From contig NC_008578.1 in NCBI RefSeq assembly GCF_000015025.1, forward strand, positions 390,001-422,000: a stretch of 32,000 nt of DNA. Direction: 5' to 3'. This stretch comes from Acidothermus cellulolyticus 11B (GTDB lineage Bacteria; Actinomycetota; Actinomycetes; Acidothermales; Acidothermaceae). The position numbers and the translations under genes are program-made. Under the pieces are notes generated by a model. That model searched no databases. It saw nothing but the letters and a program-made list of their open reading frames with translations, and was not told where the DNA came from. This document shows positions 21,026-29,035 of the stretch, piece after piece (the stretch's first letter is position 1; every line of letters starts with the position of its first letter).

Positions 21026-21104
21026 CGGTGCGACTCCCTGCTACGGATCGGCAGCTGCTCGACGTGAGTCCGCCATGCCGGCGGTCGGACCGATTCCCGC
21101 ATGC

Positions 21105-21147
21105 CGCGGGCGGATCGATCCTGATACGGCGCGGGCGGATCGATCCT
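21105..21147. promoter_or_regulatory. Two copies of an 18-bp element, each with a perfect 10-bp palindrome, upstream of ppc
   Basis: CGCGGGCGGATCGATCCT occurs at 21105-21122 and again at 21130-21147, a 25-bp period. Each copy contains GGATCGATCC. Confidence 0.45.
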
Positions 21148-21176
21148 CTTGCACCTCCGACGCTACGCTTACGCAC

Positions 21177-23822
21177 GTGCCGCCTACCAGCGATGCTGCG
21201 CCGCCCGCCCTCTCCATCCGCGAGCAGGCCCGCCAGGAGATGCCGGAGCAGCTGCGGCGCGACGTCCGCCTGCTTGGCGAACTGCTCGGTCAGGTGCTGC
21301 GTGAGTACGGGGGCCAACAGCTTCTCGACGACGTGGAAGCGCTGCGGCGTGCGGTGATTGCTGCGCGGACCGGAGCGGGTCGGATCGAGGACGTCGAAGA
21401 GTTGGTCGCGCGCTGGCCGCTGTCCCGGGCGGAAGAGGTGGCTCGGGCCTTCACCGTCTACTTCCACTTGGCCAACCTCGCGGAGGAACACCACCGGGTG
21501 CGGGTCTTGCGCTCCCGCGATGGTCTGGGCACGGCCGGCGATTCGCTTGCCGCATCGGTCTCCGAGGTACGCGCACTGTACGGCGAGGAGCGGCTTGCGG
21601 AACTCCTTGCGGGATTGCGGGTCCATCCCGTGCTGACCGCTCACCCGACCGAGGCGCGGCGGCGTGCGGTCGTCTCAGCCATCGCCCGCGCCGGGGAACA
21701 GCTCGACCGGTTGGATGACCCGCGTGCGGGGGAGAGCGAGCGGGCGGATGCCCGCCGGCGGCTTCTCGAGGAAATCGACATTCTCTGGCGGACCGCGCAC
21801 CTTCGCTCCACCGCGGTGGATCCCCTCGACGAGGTCCGGACCGCGATGTCCGCCTTCGATGAGACGCTGTTCCGGGTGATGCCCGCCCTGTATCGCGGGC
21901 TGGACCATCTGCTGCTCGGTGAGGAGTCGGGAGCACGGCGTCCTGCGGCACCGGCGTTTCTGCGGCTGGGCAGTTGGGTGGGCGGTGATCGCGACGGCAA
22001 TCCGCTGGTCACGGCGTCGGTGACCCGTGCCGCGATGGCGATTCAGGCGGAGCACGTGCTTCTCGCGCTCGAGCGGGCGGCGACACGGATCGGCCGCACC
22101 TTGACGGCGTCCGCGGAAACCACGCCGCCGAACACTGCGTTGCAGGACGCGTTGGCGGAAGCACGGCGTCGCCTGCCGTCGGTCGTGGAGGAATTGGAAA
22201 TCCGGGCGCCCGGTGAGCCGCACCGGGTGTACACCTTGTACGCAGCGGCCCGGGTGCGGGCGCGGCGTCGCGGTGAGCCCACGGGGTACCGGCATGCGGG
22301 CGAATTCCTCGCGGATTTGCGGCTGGTGCAAGAGTCCCTGGTCCAAAGCGGCGCCCATCGCCTGGCGTTCGGCGAATTGCAGCACCTCATCTGGCAAGTG
22401 GAGACCTTCGGTTTTCACCTTGCCGAGCTGGAAATCCGTCAACACAGCGCAATTCACGCCAAGGCACTGGCCGATCTCGACAGCGGCGGTCCGCGCTGGG
22501 AAATGACCGATGAGGTGCTCGAGACATTCCGCACGATACGTTGGCTGCAGGACGAGTACGGCGTGGATGCCTGCCGCCGGTATGTCATTAGTTTCACGCG
22601 GTCCGCGGAGGATATCGCCGCCGTGTACCGGCTTGCGGATCGGGCGACCGACGGGTCTCCGCCGGTCCTCGACGTCGTTCCGCTCTTTGAGACCGAGGAG
22701 GATTTGCGGCACTGCGTGCCGACGCTCGAGGCGGCGTTGGATATTCCGGAGGTCCGTGCCCGGCTTGCAGCCAACGGCCGCCGGATGGAGGTGATGCTGG
22801 GCTATTCAGATTCCGCCAAGGATGTCGGTCCGGTCTCGGCGACGCTTGCGCTGTACGACGCTCAGCAGGCGTTGGCGGATTTCGCGCGCCGGCACGATGT
22901 GCAGCTCACGTTGTTCCACGGTCGGGGTGGCGCGCTGGGTCGCGGCGGCGGTCCGGCGAACCGGGCGATTCTCTCTCAGGCCCCCGGTTCGGTCGACGGC
23001 CGGTTCAAGGTGACCGAGCAGGGTGAAGTCATCTTTGCCCGGTACGGAAATCCGGTCATTGCGCGTCGCCACCTGGACCAGGTCACCGCGGCGGTGCTCC
23101 TGGCGTCAACACCTGCTGTCATGGAGCGGGTCGCAGCCGCGGAGCGGAAATACCGCCCGGTCTTTGAGGCCGTCAGCCGGGCGGCGCGAACCGAATATCG
23201 CGGTCTCGTCGAGACACCTGGATTTGCCGAATACTTTGCCGCCGTGTCGCCGTTGCCGGAAATCGGTGCGCTGCGCATCGGGTCTCGTCCGGTCCGGCGA
23301 TCCGCCGGCACGGATCTGGCGGACTTGCGGGCGATTCCGTGGAATTTCTCCTGGGCGCAGACGAGAGTGAACCTGCCCGGCTGGTACGGAATCGGCAGTG
23401 GTTTCGCTGCCGTCGGCGATGTGGACGCCCTTCGCGCGGCGTACGCGGAGTGGCCGCTGTTCACCACCATGGTCGACAATGTCGAGATGTCGCTGGCGAA
23501 AACGGATCGCGATATCGCTCAACGCCACCTTGCGTTGGGGAATCGGCCGGACATCGCGGACCGCATCCTTGCCGAATACGACCGGAGCGTCGAATGGGTG
23601 CTCCGGGTTCTCGGCACCACCCGATTGCTCGAAACCCACCGCGTGCTCGGCCAGGCGGTGCAGTTGCGCAATCCGTACGTCGACGCTCTCTCCCATTTGC
23701 AATTGCGGGCGCTCGCCGCCCTGCGCCGCGGAATTCCGGATGAGGCCGAGCGCGATCGTACGCTGCGCCTTCTGCTTTTGAGCATCAACGGTGTAGCGGC
23801 CGGCCTGCAGAATACCGGGTGA
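21177..23822 (+). CDS. ppc: Phosphoenolpyruvate carboxylase
   Basis: Motifs present are VLTAHPTEARRR, MLGYSDSAKDVG and FHGRGGALGRGGGPA, and the C-terminus is NGVAAGLQNTG. The start is uncertain. The track ORF begins at 21075 but runs through the direct repeats. From memory, known PEPC N-termini align at MPEQLRRDVRLLG (ATG 21240). GTG 21177 is the intermediate candidate. Confidence 0.92.
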   Translation: MPPTSDAAPPALSIREQARQEMPEQLRRDVRLLGELLGQVLREYGGQQLLDDVEALRRAVIAARTGAGRIEDVEELVARWPLSRAEEVARAFTVYFHLANLAEEHHRVRVLRSRDGLGTAGDSLAASVSEVRALYGEERLAELLAGLRVHPVLTAHPTEARRRAVVSAIARAGEQLDRLDDPRAGESERADARRRLLEEIDILWRTAHLRSTAVDPLDEVRTAMSAFDETLFRVMPALYRGLDHLLLGEESGARRPAAPAFLRLGSWVGGDRDGNPLVTASVTRAAMAIQAEHVLLALERAATRIGRTLTASAETTPPNTALQDALAEARRRLPSVVEELEIRAPGEPHRVYTLYAAARVRARRRGEPTGYRHAGEFLADLRLVQESLVQSGAHRLAFGELQHLIWQVETFGFHLAELEIRQHSAIHAKALADLDSGGPRWEMTDEVLETFRTIRWLQDEYGVDACRRYVISFTRSAEDIAAVYRLADRATDGSPPVLDVVPLFETEEDLRHCVPTLEAALDIPEVRARLAANGRRMEVMLGYSDSAKDVGPVSATLALYDAQQALADFARRHDVQLTLFHGRGGALGRGGGPANRAILSQAPGSVDGRFKVTEQGEVIFARYGNPVIARRHLDQVTAAVLLASTPAVMERVAAAERKYRPVFEAVSRAARTEYRGLVETPGFAEYFAAVSPLPEIGALRIGSRPVRRSAGTDLADLRAIPWNFSWAQTRVNLPGWYGIGSGFAAVGDVDALRAAYAEWPLFTTMVDNVEMSLAKTDRDIAQRHLALGNRPDIADRILAEYDRSVEWVLRVLGTTRLLETHRVLGQAVQLRNPYVDALSHLQLRALAALRRGIPDEAERDRTLRLLLLSINGVAAGLQNTG

Positions 23823-23829
23823 GCGTGCG

Positions 23830-24855
23830 GTGACGTCGCTTTCTCCGGCCGGCGGCGAATCCGCTACCGCTGGGGACTTCCGTGTCTCTGACGAGATCCC
23901 GCATTTCTCCGACGGCATCGCCTTGGGTTTCTCTGACGAGGCGTCGCGCTTCTCCGCCGAAATAACCGGCGGGCGTTGGGCGGCGTCCGACCCGACGATG
24001 TTCCGCATTGTCGCCAAGCCGGTTACCGCGTCCACCAATGACGACGTGGCCGCCGCGGCGCGAACCGGCGAACCGGAAGGCCTGGTCGTCGTCGCTGATT
24101 ACCAGCGTGCCGGTCGAGGCCGCCGAGGCCGGAGCTGGCAGGCGCCGCCGGGAACGGCGCTCACCTTCTCTGTGCTGCTCCGTCCGGCTCGGCCGCTCGC
24201 GCCGCGTTGGCAGATATTTCCGCTGCTCGCCGGGATTGCCGTGGTCGAGGGCATCCGTGACGCGACGGGCATCACGCTCGGGTTGAAATGGCCGAACGAC
24301 GTGGTGAGCCGGGACGACGCCAAGCTCGGGGGAATTCTTGTCGAGCGGTTGCCGGACGCCGACGATGCGCTCGTTGTTGGTATCGGCCTCAACGTGACGC
24401 TCGGACGGGATCAACGGCCCACTCCGACCGCGACGTCGCTTGCCCTGCTCGGAGCCGGGCAGACGTCACGCGGCGTGCTGTTGCGCAACATCCTGACTGC
24501 ATTGGAGAACTGGTATCGCCGCTGGTGTTCGTGGGCGATGGAGAAACCGGCGACAGGAGGGCCGGGCGGTCCAACGTCGGACGCCGATCCGGCGACCCGG
24601 CCTGCCAACCCCGTGACAGGAGAGTCGGGCGGGCCGCGACCAGGTCCCTCCGACCACGTTGACCTCGATCCGGTGCTGAGCGCATACCGGGAGTACTCGG
24701 CCACGATCGGCCGACGAGTCCGGGTTGAGCTCGCTGACGGGACGAGGGTGGTTGGTATGGCAACCGGCATCGACCCGGACGGCGCGTTGCTCGTCGATAC
24801 GGACGACGCTGGGGCTCGCCGGGTGACCGCCGGCGAAGTCGTTCACCTGCGGTGA
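23830..24855 (+). CDS. birA: Biotin--[acetyl-CoA-carboxylase] ligase, class I (no N-terminal HTH), unusually long at 341 aa
   Basis: It has the biotin-binding loop GRGRRGRSW, the motif GLKWPNDV, and the C-terminus VTAGEVVHLR. There is an N-terminal extension with a repeated FSD motif and a Pro/Gly-rich insertion of about 45 aa (24532-24669). A GTG start at 23830 lies 8 nt after the ppc stop; an internal start is possible. Confidence 0.88.
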   Translation: MTSLSPAGGESATAGDFRVSDEIPHFSDGIALGFSDEASRFSAEITGGRWAASDPTMFRIVAKPVTASTNDDVAAAARTGEPEGLVVVADYQRAGRGRRGRSWQAPPGTALTFSVLLRPARPLAPRWQIFPLLAGIAVVEGIRDATGITLGLKWPNDVVSRDDAKLGGILVERLPDADDALVVGIGLNVTLGRDQRPTPTATSLALLGAGQTSRGVLLRNILTALENWYRRWCSWAMEKPATGGPGGPTSDADPATRPANPVTGESGGPRPGPSDHVDLDPVLSAYREYSATIGRRVRVELADGTRVVGMATGIDPDGALLVDTDDAGARRVTAGEVVHLR

Positions 24856-24913
24856 CCGCGCATCGCCCAGTGGCATGCGGCGGCCGGTTTGCGCGGCGTG
24901 ACAGCATGCAGAC

Positions 24914-25438
24914 ATGGCGGTCCGGTTGCTCGCCGGAGAGCATGCTCTGCTGATGACGCGGCCGCACTGGCGGCGGCTGGTTGCGCCGGCGGTAACGCTG
25001 ATTGTGGTCTGCGCACTCACCGGATTCGCCCTCGGTTCGGTGCCCAGCGGAACGGCCCAAGGTCCGATCCGATGGGCGATTCTCGGTCTCGCTGGCCTAT
25101 TGGCGGTCTGGCGATGCCTTGTGCCGTATGCGCGGTGGCTTGCCGCGCGGTACGTCGTGACAAGCCACCGGATCGTCGTCCGGGACGGGCTACTGGTACG
25201 GCGCGGTACCGACATACCGCTGTCCAGGATCACCGATGTGGGATTTCGGCAAGGACCGGTCGAACGGCTGCTCGGCACCGGCACGCTCATTGTCGAATCC
25301 GGCGGTGCGCGCGGCCGCCTGGAATTGCCGGATGTTCCGGAGATCGACACGTTCTGTTCGATCGTGCACGAGCGCCTGGTCGGTTCGGCGATGGAATTCG
25401 GACGGGGCGGCGAGCCGGCTTCGGCGACGGAACTCTGA
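24914..25438 (+). CDS. Membrane protein with a bacterial PH domain (bPH_2 / YdbS-like)
   Basis: Two N-terminal transmembrane helices are followed by YVVTSHRIVVRDGLLVRRGTDIPLSRITDVGFRQGPVERLLGTGTLIVES, which is characteristic of PF03703-type domains. Confidence 0.75.
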   Translation: MAVRLLAGEHALLMTRPHWRRLVAPAVTLIVVCALTGFALGSVPSGTAQGPIRWAILGLAGLLAVWRCLVPYARWLAARYVVTSHRIVVRDGLLVRRGTDIPLSRITDVGFRQGPVERLLGTGTLIVESGGARGRLELPDVPEIDTFCSIVHERLVGSAMEFGRGGEPASATEL

Positions 25439-25509
25439 CGGCGGCGGAAACCGGCACCCCGACGGACGTCGATCGGCGCGGCGGGGGCAATGGTCGCTAA
25501 GCTCGGCTC

Positions 25510-26322
25510 GTGACCAGTACCCACCGAGCGGCTCAGCCGGCCGGCGATGGTGTGCGGGTGGAGCGACCGGGTCCGCACGTTGTGCAGGTCATTCTCGACC
25601 GGCCGCAGGCGTTGAACGCGCTCTCGACGGAATTAGCCATTCAGATCGCCGGCATTCTGGCGGGAATTGCCGGAGAAGAATCGACCCGGGCGGTGGTTAT
25701 TACGTCCTCGTCGCCGCGCGCGTTCTGCGTCGGGGCGGATCTCAAAGAGCGGGCCGATTTCACCGACGCGCAATTGCTGCAGCAACGACCGGTGATTCGG
25801 GATCTGTTCGCTGCGGTACGGCAATTGCCCATGCCGTCGATCGCAGGCGTCGCCGGCTACGCGCTGGGCGGCGGATGTGAGTTGGCCCTGTCGTGCGACG
25901 TCATCGTCGCCGACGAGAGCGCGGTTTTCGGCCTGCCGGAAGTCGGTGTGGGTCTTGTGCCCGGCGGCGGCGGTACGCAGTTGCTGCCCCGCCGGATAGG
26001 GCTCGGACGCGCCTGCGATCTGCTGTTCACCGGACGGCGGATCGACGCCGGCGAGGCCTTCCGGCTCGGCCTGGTCGATCGGTTGGTTCCGGTCGGGCAC
26101 GCCGAGCAGGCGGCGCTCGACCTCGCCGAGGCGGTGGCGGCGAATTCGCCGGTTGCGGTGCGGGCGGCCAAGCGGGCAGTCCACGCCGCCTTCGGGGTGG
26201 AACTCCCGACCGGACTGGAAATCGAGGACGCTGCCTGGCAGACCGCGGCCACCAGCGCGGACCGCCGGGAAGGAATCGCTGCGTTCGTCGAAAAGAGGAA
26301 ACCGAGGTGGACGACGTCTTGA
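25510..26322 (+). CDS. Enoyl-CoA hydratase/isomerase (crotonase) family. From context it is possibly methylglutaconyl-CoA hydratase.
   Basis: Crotonase motifs present are FCVGADLKER and GYALGGGCELALSCD. The C-terminus is EGIAAFVEKRKPRW. The substrate assignment comes only from the neighbouring genes. Confidence 0.88.
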   Translation: MTSTHRAAQPAGDGVRVERPGPHVVQVILDRPQALNALSTELAIQIAGILAGIAGEESTRAVVITSSSPRAFCVGADLKERADFTDAQLLQQRPVIRDLFAAVRQLPMPSIAGVAGYALGGGCELALSCDVIVADESAVFGLPEVGVGLVPGGGGTQLLPRRIGLGRACDLLFTGRRIDAGEAFRLGLVDRLVPVGHAEQAALDLAEAVAANSPVAVRAAKRAVHAAFGVELPTGLEIEDAAWQTAATSADRREGIAAFVEKRKPRWTTS

Positions 26323-27248
26323 CCCGGTTGTTGCCGAGCCGGGTGAGCATTCGCGAGGTCGGCCCGCGCGATGGTCTGCAGAGCGAGCCGCCGATTCCAA
26401 CCGAGGCGAAAATTCAACTGGTGGACGCCTTGTCGGCGACCGGTGTGGGGCGCATCGAGGTGACGAGCTTCGTGCACCCGAAGGCGGTGCCCCAGCTTGC
26501 CGATGCGGAACAGGTGTGGGCCGGCATTCAGCGTCGTCCCGGTGTGCGCTACTCGGCGTTGGTGGCCAACCGTCGCGGCGCGGAGCGGGCGCTTGACGCC
26601 GGATGTCAGGAACTCGCTGTCGTCGTTTCCGCATCGGAAACACATAACCGCGTGAATGTACGCCGCAGCGTTGAGGAATCCCTCGCCGACATCCGGGAAA
26701 TCGTGCGGTTCGTCCACGGCAGGGGCGGCCAGTGCCACGTGACGATTTCCACGGCGTGGGGCTGCCCGTACGAAGGAGACATCGACCCTTCCCGGGTGGC
26801 CGCCATTGCCCGCCGGGTCTGTGACGACGGTGCTGACGGCCTGAGTCTGGGGGACACCACGGGAATGGCGACCCCCCGGCGGGTGTGGTCGCTGGTCGAA
26901 GCGCTGCGGGACGCCGTCGGTGATGTGCCGCTGAATCTGCATTTCCATGACACCCGAGGCACCGGCCTTGCCAATGTGCTGGCTGCGTTGCAGGTTGGGG
27001 TCACCGATTTCGACGCCAGCATCGGCGGGCTCGGTGGATGCCCGTACGCGCCGGGAGCGGCCGGAAACATCGCCACCGATGAGCTGGTCGCCATGCTGGA
27101 CGACATGGGCATTGAGACCGGCGTCGATCTGGCGGCGTTGCTCGCTGCCGCCGAGCGCGCCGAGCAGCTCCTCGGCCGGACGCTGCCGTCGCGGTTGCTG
27201 CGGATCGGCCCGCGTACCCGGCTCGTGCCGATCGAAACCGCGTCGTGA
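26307..27248 (+). CDS. Hydroxymethylglutaryl-CoA lyase
   Basis: Motifs present are EVGPRDGLQSE, HFHDTRGTGLANV and GLGGCPYAPGAAGN. GTG 26307 is preceded by AAGAGGAA and overlaps the hydratase 3' end by 16 nt. The track ORF is extended to 25893. Confidence 0.9.
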   Translation: MDDVLTRLLPSRVSIREVGPRDGLQSEPPIPTEAKIQLVDALSATGVGRIEVTSFVHPKAVPQLADAEQVWAGIQRRPGVRYSALVANRRGAERALDAGCQELAVVVSASETHNRVNVRRSVEESLADIREIVRFVHGRGGQCHVTISTAWGCPYEGDIDPSRVAAIARRVCDDGADGLSLGDTTGMATPRRVWSLVEALRDAVGDVPLNLHFHDTRGTGLANVLAALQVGVTDFDASIGGLGGCPYAPGAAGNIATDELVAMLDDMGIETGVDLAALLAAAERAEQLLGRTLPSRLLRIGPRTRLVPIETAS

Positions 27249-27273
27249 ATCGCCGTCACCGTCGCAATTCACC

Positions 27274-27333
27274 GCGACGCGGAGTCCTCGGATGCGACGC
27301 GGAGATCTTGGGCGTGACGCGGCGGCCTCGGCG
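27274..27333. repeat. Three tandem units of exactly 20 bp, in a convergent intergenic spacer
   Basis: GCGACGCGGAG occurs at 27274 and at 27294, and GTGACGCGGCG at 27314, each heading a 20-nt unit. The 12-bp perfect palindrome GCCGAATTCGGC follows at 27346-27357. Confidence 0.8.
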
Positions 27334-27372
27334 GCAGCCGGAGATGCCGAATTCGGCGGGCCGGCGTCGCAT

Positions 27373-28968
27373 TCAGCGGGTGGCGACGATGACGAGCATG
27401 CCGTGCTCGGTGCCGACGTACAGGTAGCCGTCGGTTGCCGCGGCGGGGGTGGCGAACCGGGTCAGGGAGTCGCCGAGAGCGGTCTGCCAGCGGACCGCTC
27501 CGGTTGAGGCGTCCAGACCATACAGCGTCCCCGACCGGTCGGTGGAGAGCACCGTGCCTGCCACCACGATCGGTGAACCCGGCGGTGCGGCGCGCCACAC
27601 CGGCGTCATCGTCGATCCGGAAATCCGCACCGCGTGCACGCCGTTCGTGCATGGCACGTACACGAAGGGGCCGGCGGCGGCCGCCCCGCCGAATGCGGTG
27701 CACAGGGGCAGCACGGGGACCGCGCCGCCGACCCCGCCGAGCGCACCGGCTCGCAGGAGGTACGCCTTTCCGTCCTTTCCCGCAACGAAAACCTGCCCAC
27801 TGGGCAGCAGCAGCGGTCCGGTGGTGCCGAGGTCGAGATCCGCGGCGTTCTCGTCGGCCCAATTCGCCGGCGCGTAGTAGGAGACCACGTGCCCGGCGGT
27901 GTCCAATTCGATGACCGAATCACTCATGTCGTACGGCCCGCTCGGGTCGGTCTGCGCGCCATTGCCGACGGCGACGAACAGGTGGGCGCCGTCGTACGCT
28001 GCACCCGGCGGCGCCCAGATTCCGGCTTCGCGGCTGCTCGGCACTTGGTAAATGACCGCGCTGCCGCCGGGAGTCGTCGTCGGTACGCCGACGAGATAAC
28101 CGTGGTACGGCCCGCAGTCGCCGTACAGACCGCCGTACGGAATCCAGACCCGGCCGGCGGCGATGAGCAGGGCCCCGCGCTGCTGCTCCACCTCGGGGTG
28201 GGAGCCGGGCGGATCCACCGGACGGGTCCAGGCAAGCCGGCCGGACTCGGCGTCGACGGCAACCAACTCGTGGTGAAAACCGGCGAGGAACGCAACAGCG
28301 AAAACCAGCCCGGTGGCCGGGTCATACACCGGCGTGCCCGTGATGCCGCTTGGATCGATGTTTCCGCACGGCAGCGCACTGCCGTCGACCGGCGTGCCGA
28401 TGTGCCGGGACCACGCGATCTGGCCGTCATCGCGAATGCCGTACAGCGTGTTGTTCTCGGTGGCGACGACGACGAGATCGCCTTGACCGTCCCGCACGAC
28501 AATCGGGCTGCCGTAAACCGCGCCGTCCAGCTGGGCCCGGGCGATAACCCGCAGTTGACTGATCGCCGGGGCGTTCGGCAGCACCCCGCTGCGGAGGGTG
28601 TCGTGGTGGTACGTCGGCCAGATCGCCACGGGGTAGCCGGACGACGACGTGCCGGATGGCGCGGACGCCGTCGCCGTCGACGATGTGGATGCGGTCGGTG
28701 CGGCGGACGCTGACGCTGAGGCGGATCCCGCGGTTGAACCTGATGCGGAACCCTGCGCCGAGGGCGACCCCGACGCGGAACCCGACGAGCTGACGGTCGC
28801 GGAACCCGACGGCGCGCCAGGCGAGGACGAACCGTGGCTGGCCGGGTGGCCGCCGGTGCATGCAGCGGCGGCCAGCAACGGAAGCAGCGCGGCCGCAGCG
28901 AGCCGCGGCCGGAAAGTGATCGGCGTCACCCCTTCAGTCTGCCCGCTGGTGCGCCGTACGCCCGGCAT
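27373..28968 (-). CDS. Secreted or lipid-anchored PQQ-like (BamB-type) beta-propeller repeat protein with a Ser/Ala/Gly/Thr-rich linker
   Basis: It has a signal-like N-terminus (RPRLAAAALLPLLAAAAC). A low-complexity linker of about 74 aa occupies 28636-28857. After that come repeated beta-propeller blades (for example LYGIRDDGQIAWS, LVAVDAESGRLAWT, LYGLDASTGAVRWQ). The start is uncertain: ATG 28968 is preferred, with GTG 28929 or ATG 29037 as alternatives. Confidence 0.8.
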   Translation of the reverse strand: MPGVRRTSGQTEGVTPITFRPRLAAAALLPLLAAAACTGGHPASHGSSSPGAPSGSATVSSSGSASGSPSAQGSASGSTAGSASASASAAPTASTSSTATASAPSGTSSSGYPVAIWPTYHHDTLRSGVLPNAPAISQLRVIARAQLDGAVYGSPIVVRDGQGDLVVVATENNTLYGIRDDGQIAWSRHIGTPVDGSALPCGNIDPSGITGTPVYDPATGLVFAVAFLAGFHHELVAVDAESGRLAWTRPVDPPGSHPEVEQQRGALLIAAGRVWIPYGGLYGDCGPYHGYLVGVPTTTPGGSAVIYQVPSSREAGIWAPPGAAYDGAHLFVAVGNGAQTDPSGPYDMSDSVIELDTAGHVVSYYAPANWADENAADLDLGTTGPLLLPSGQVFVAGKDGKAYLLRAGALGGVGGAVPVLPLCTAFGGAAAAGPFVYVPCTNGVHAVRISGSTMTPVWRAAPPGSPIVVAGTVLSTDRSGTLYGLDASTGAVRWQTALGDSLTRFATPAAATDGYLYVGTEHGMLVIVATR

Positions 28969-29035
28969 CCGGCGCGCAGCCGCGCCGGCCTTTCCAACAG
29001 CCTGCGGCGCGAGGCTGCTGCGATAGCCTTCGGCC

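Noticed and set aside
21075-21176. An N-terminal extension of the ppc ORF
   Set aside because: It translates the duplicated 18-bp palindrome-containing element. As I recall, it has no counterpart in known PEPC N-termini, which begin near the LRxDIRxLG motif.
17615-27333. The tandem repeat loci considered as CRISPR arrays or mobile-element termini
   Set aside because: Each locus has only 2-3 directly abutting or closely spaced copies with no unique spacers of CRISPR size. The unit sequences differ between loci, and there are no cas, transposase or integrase genes in the window.
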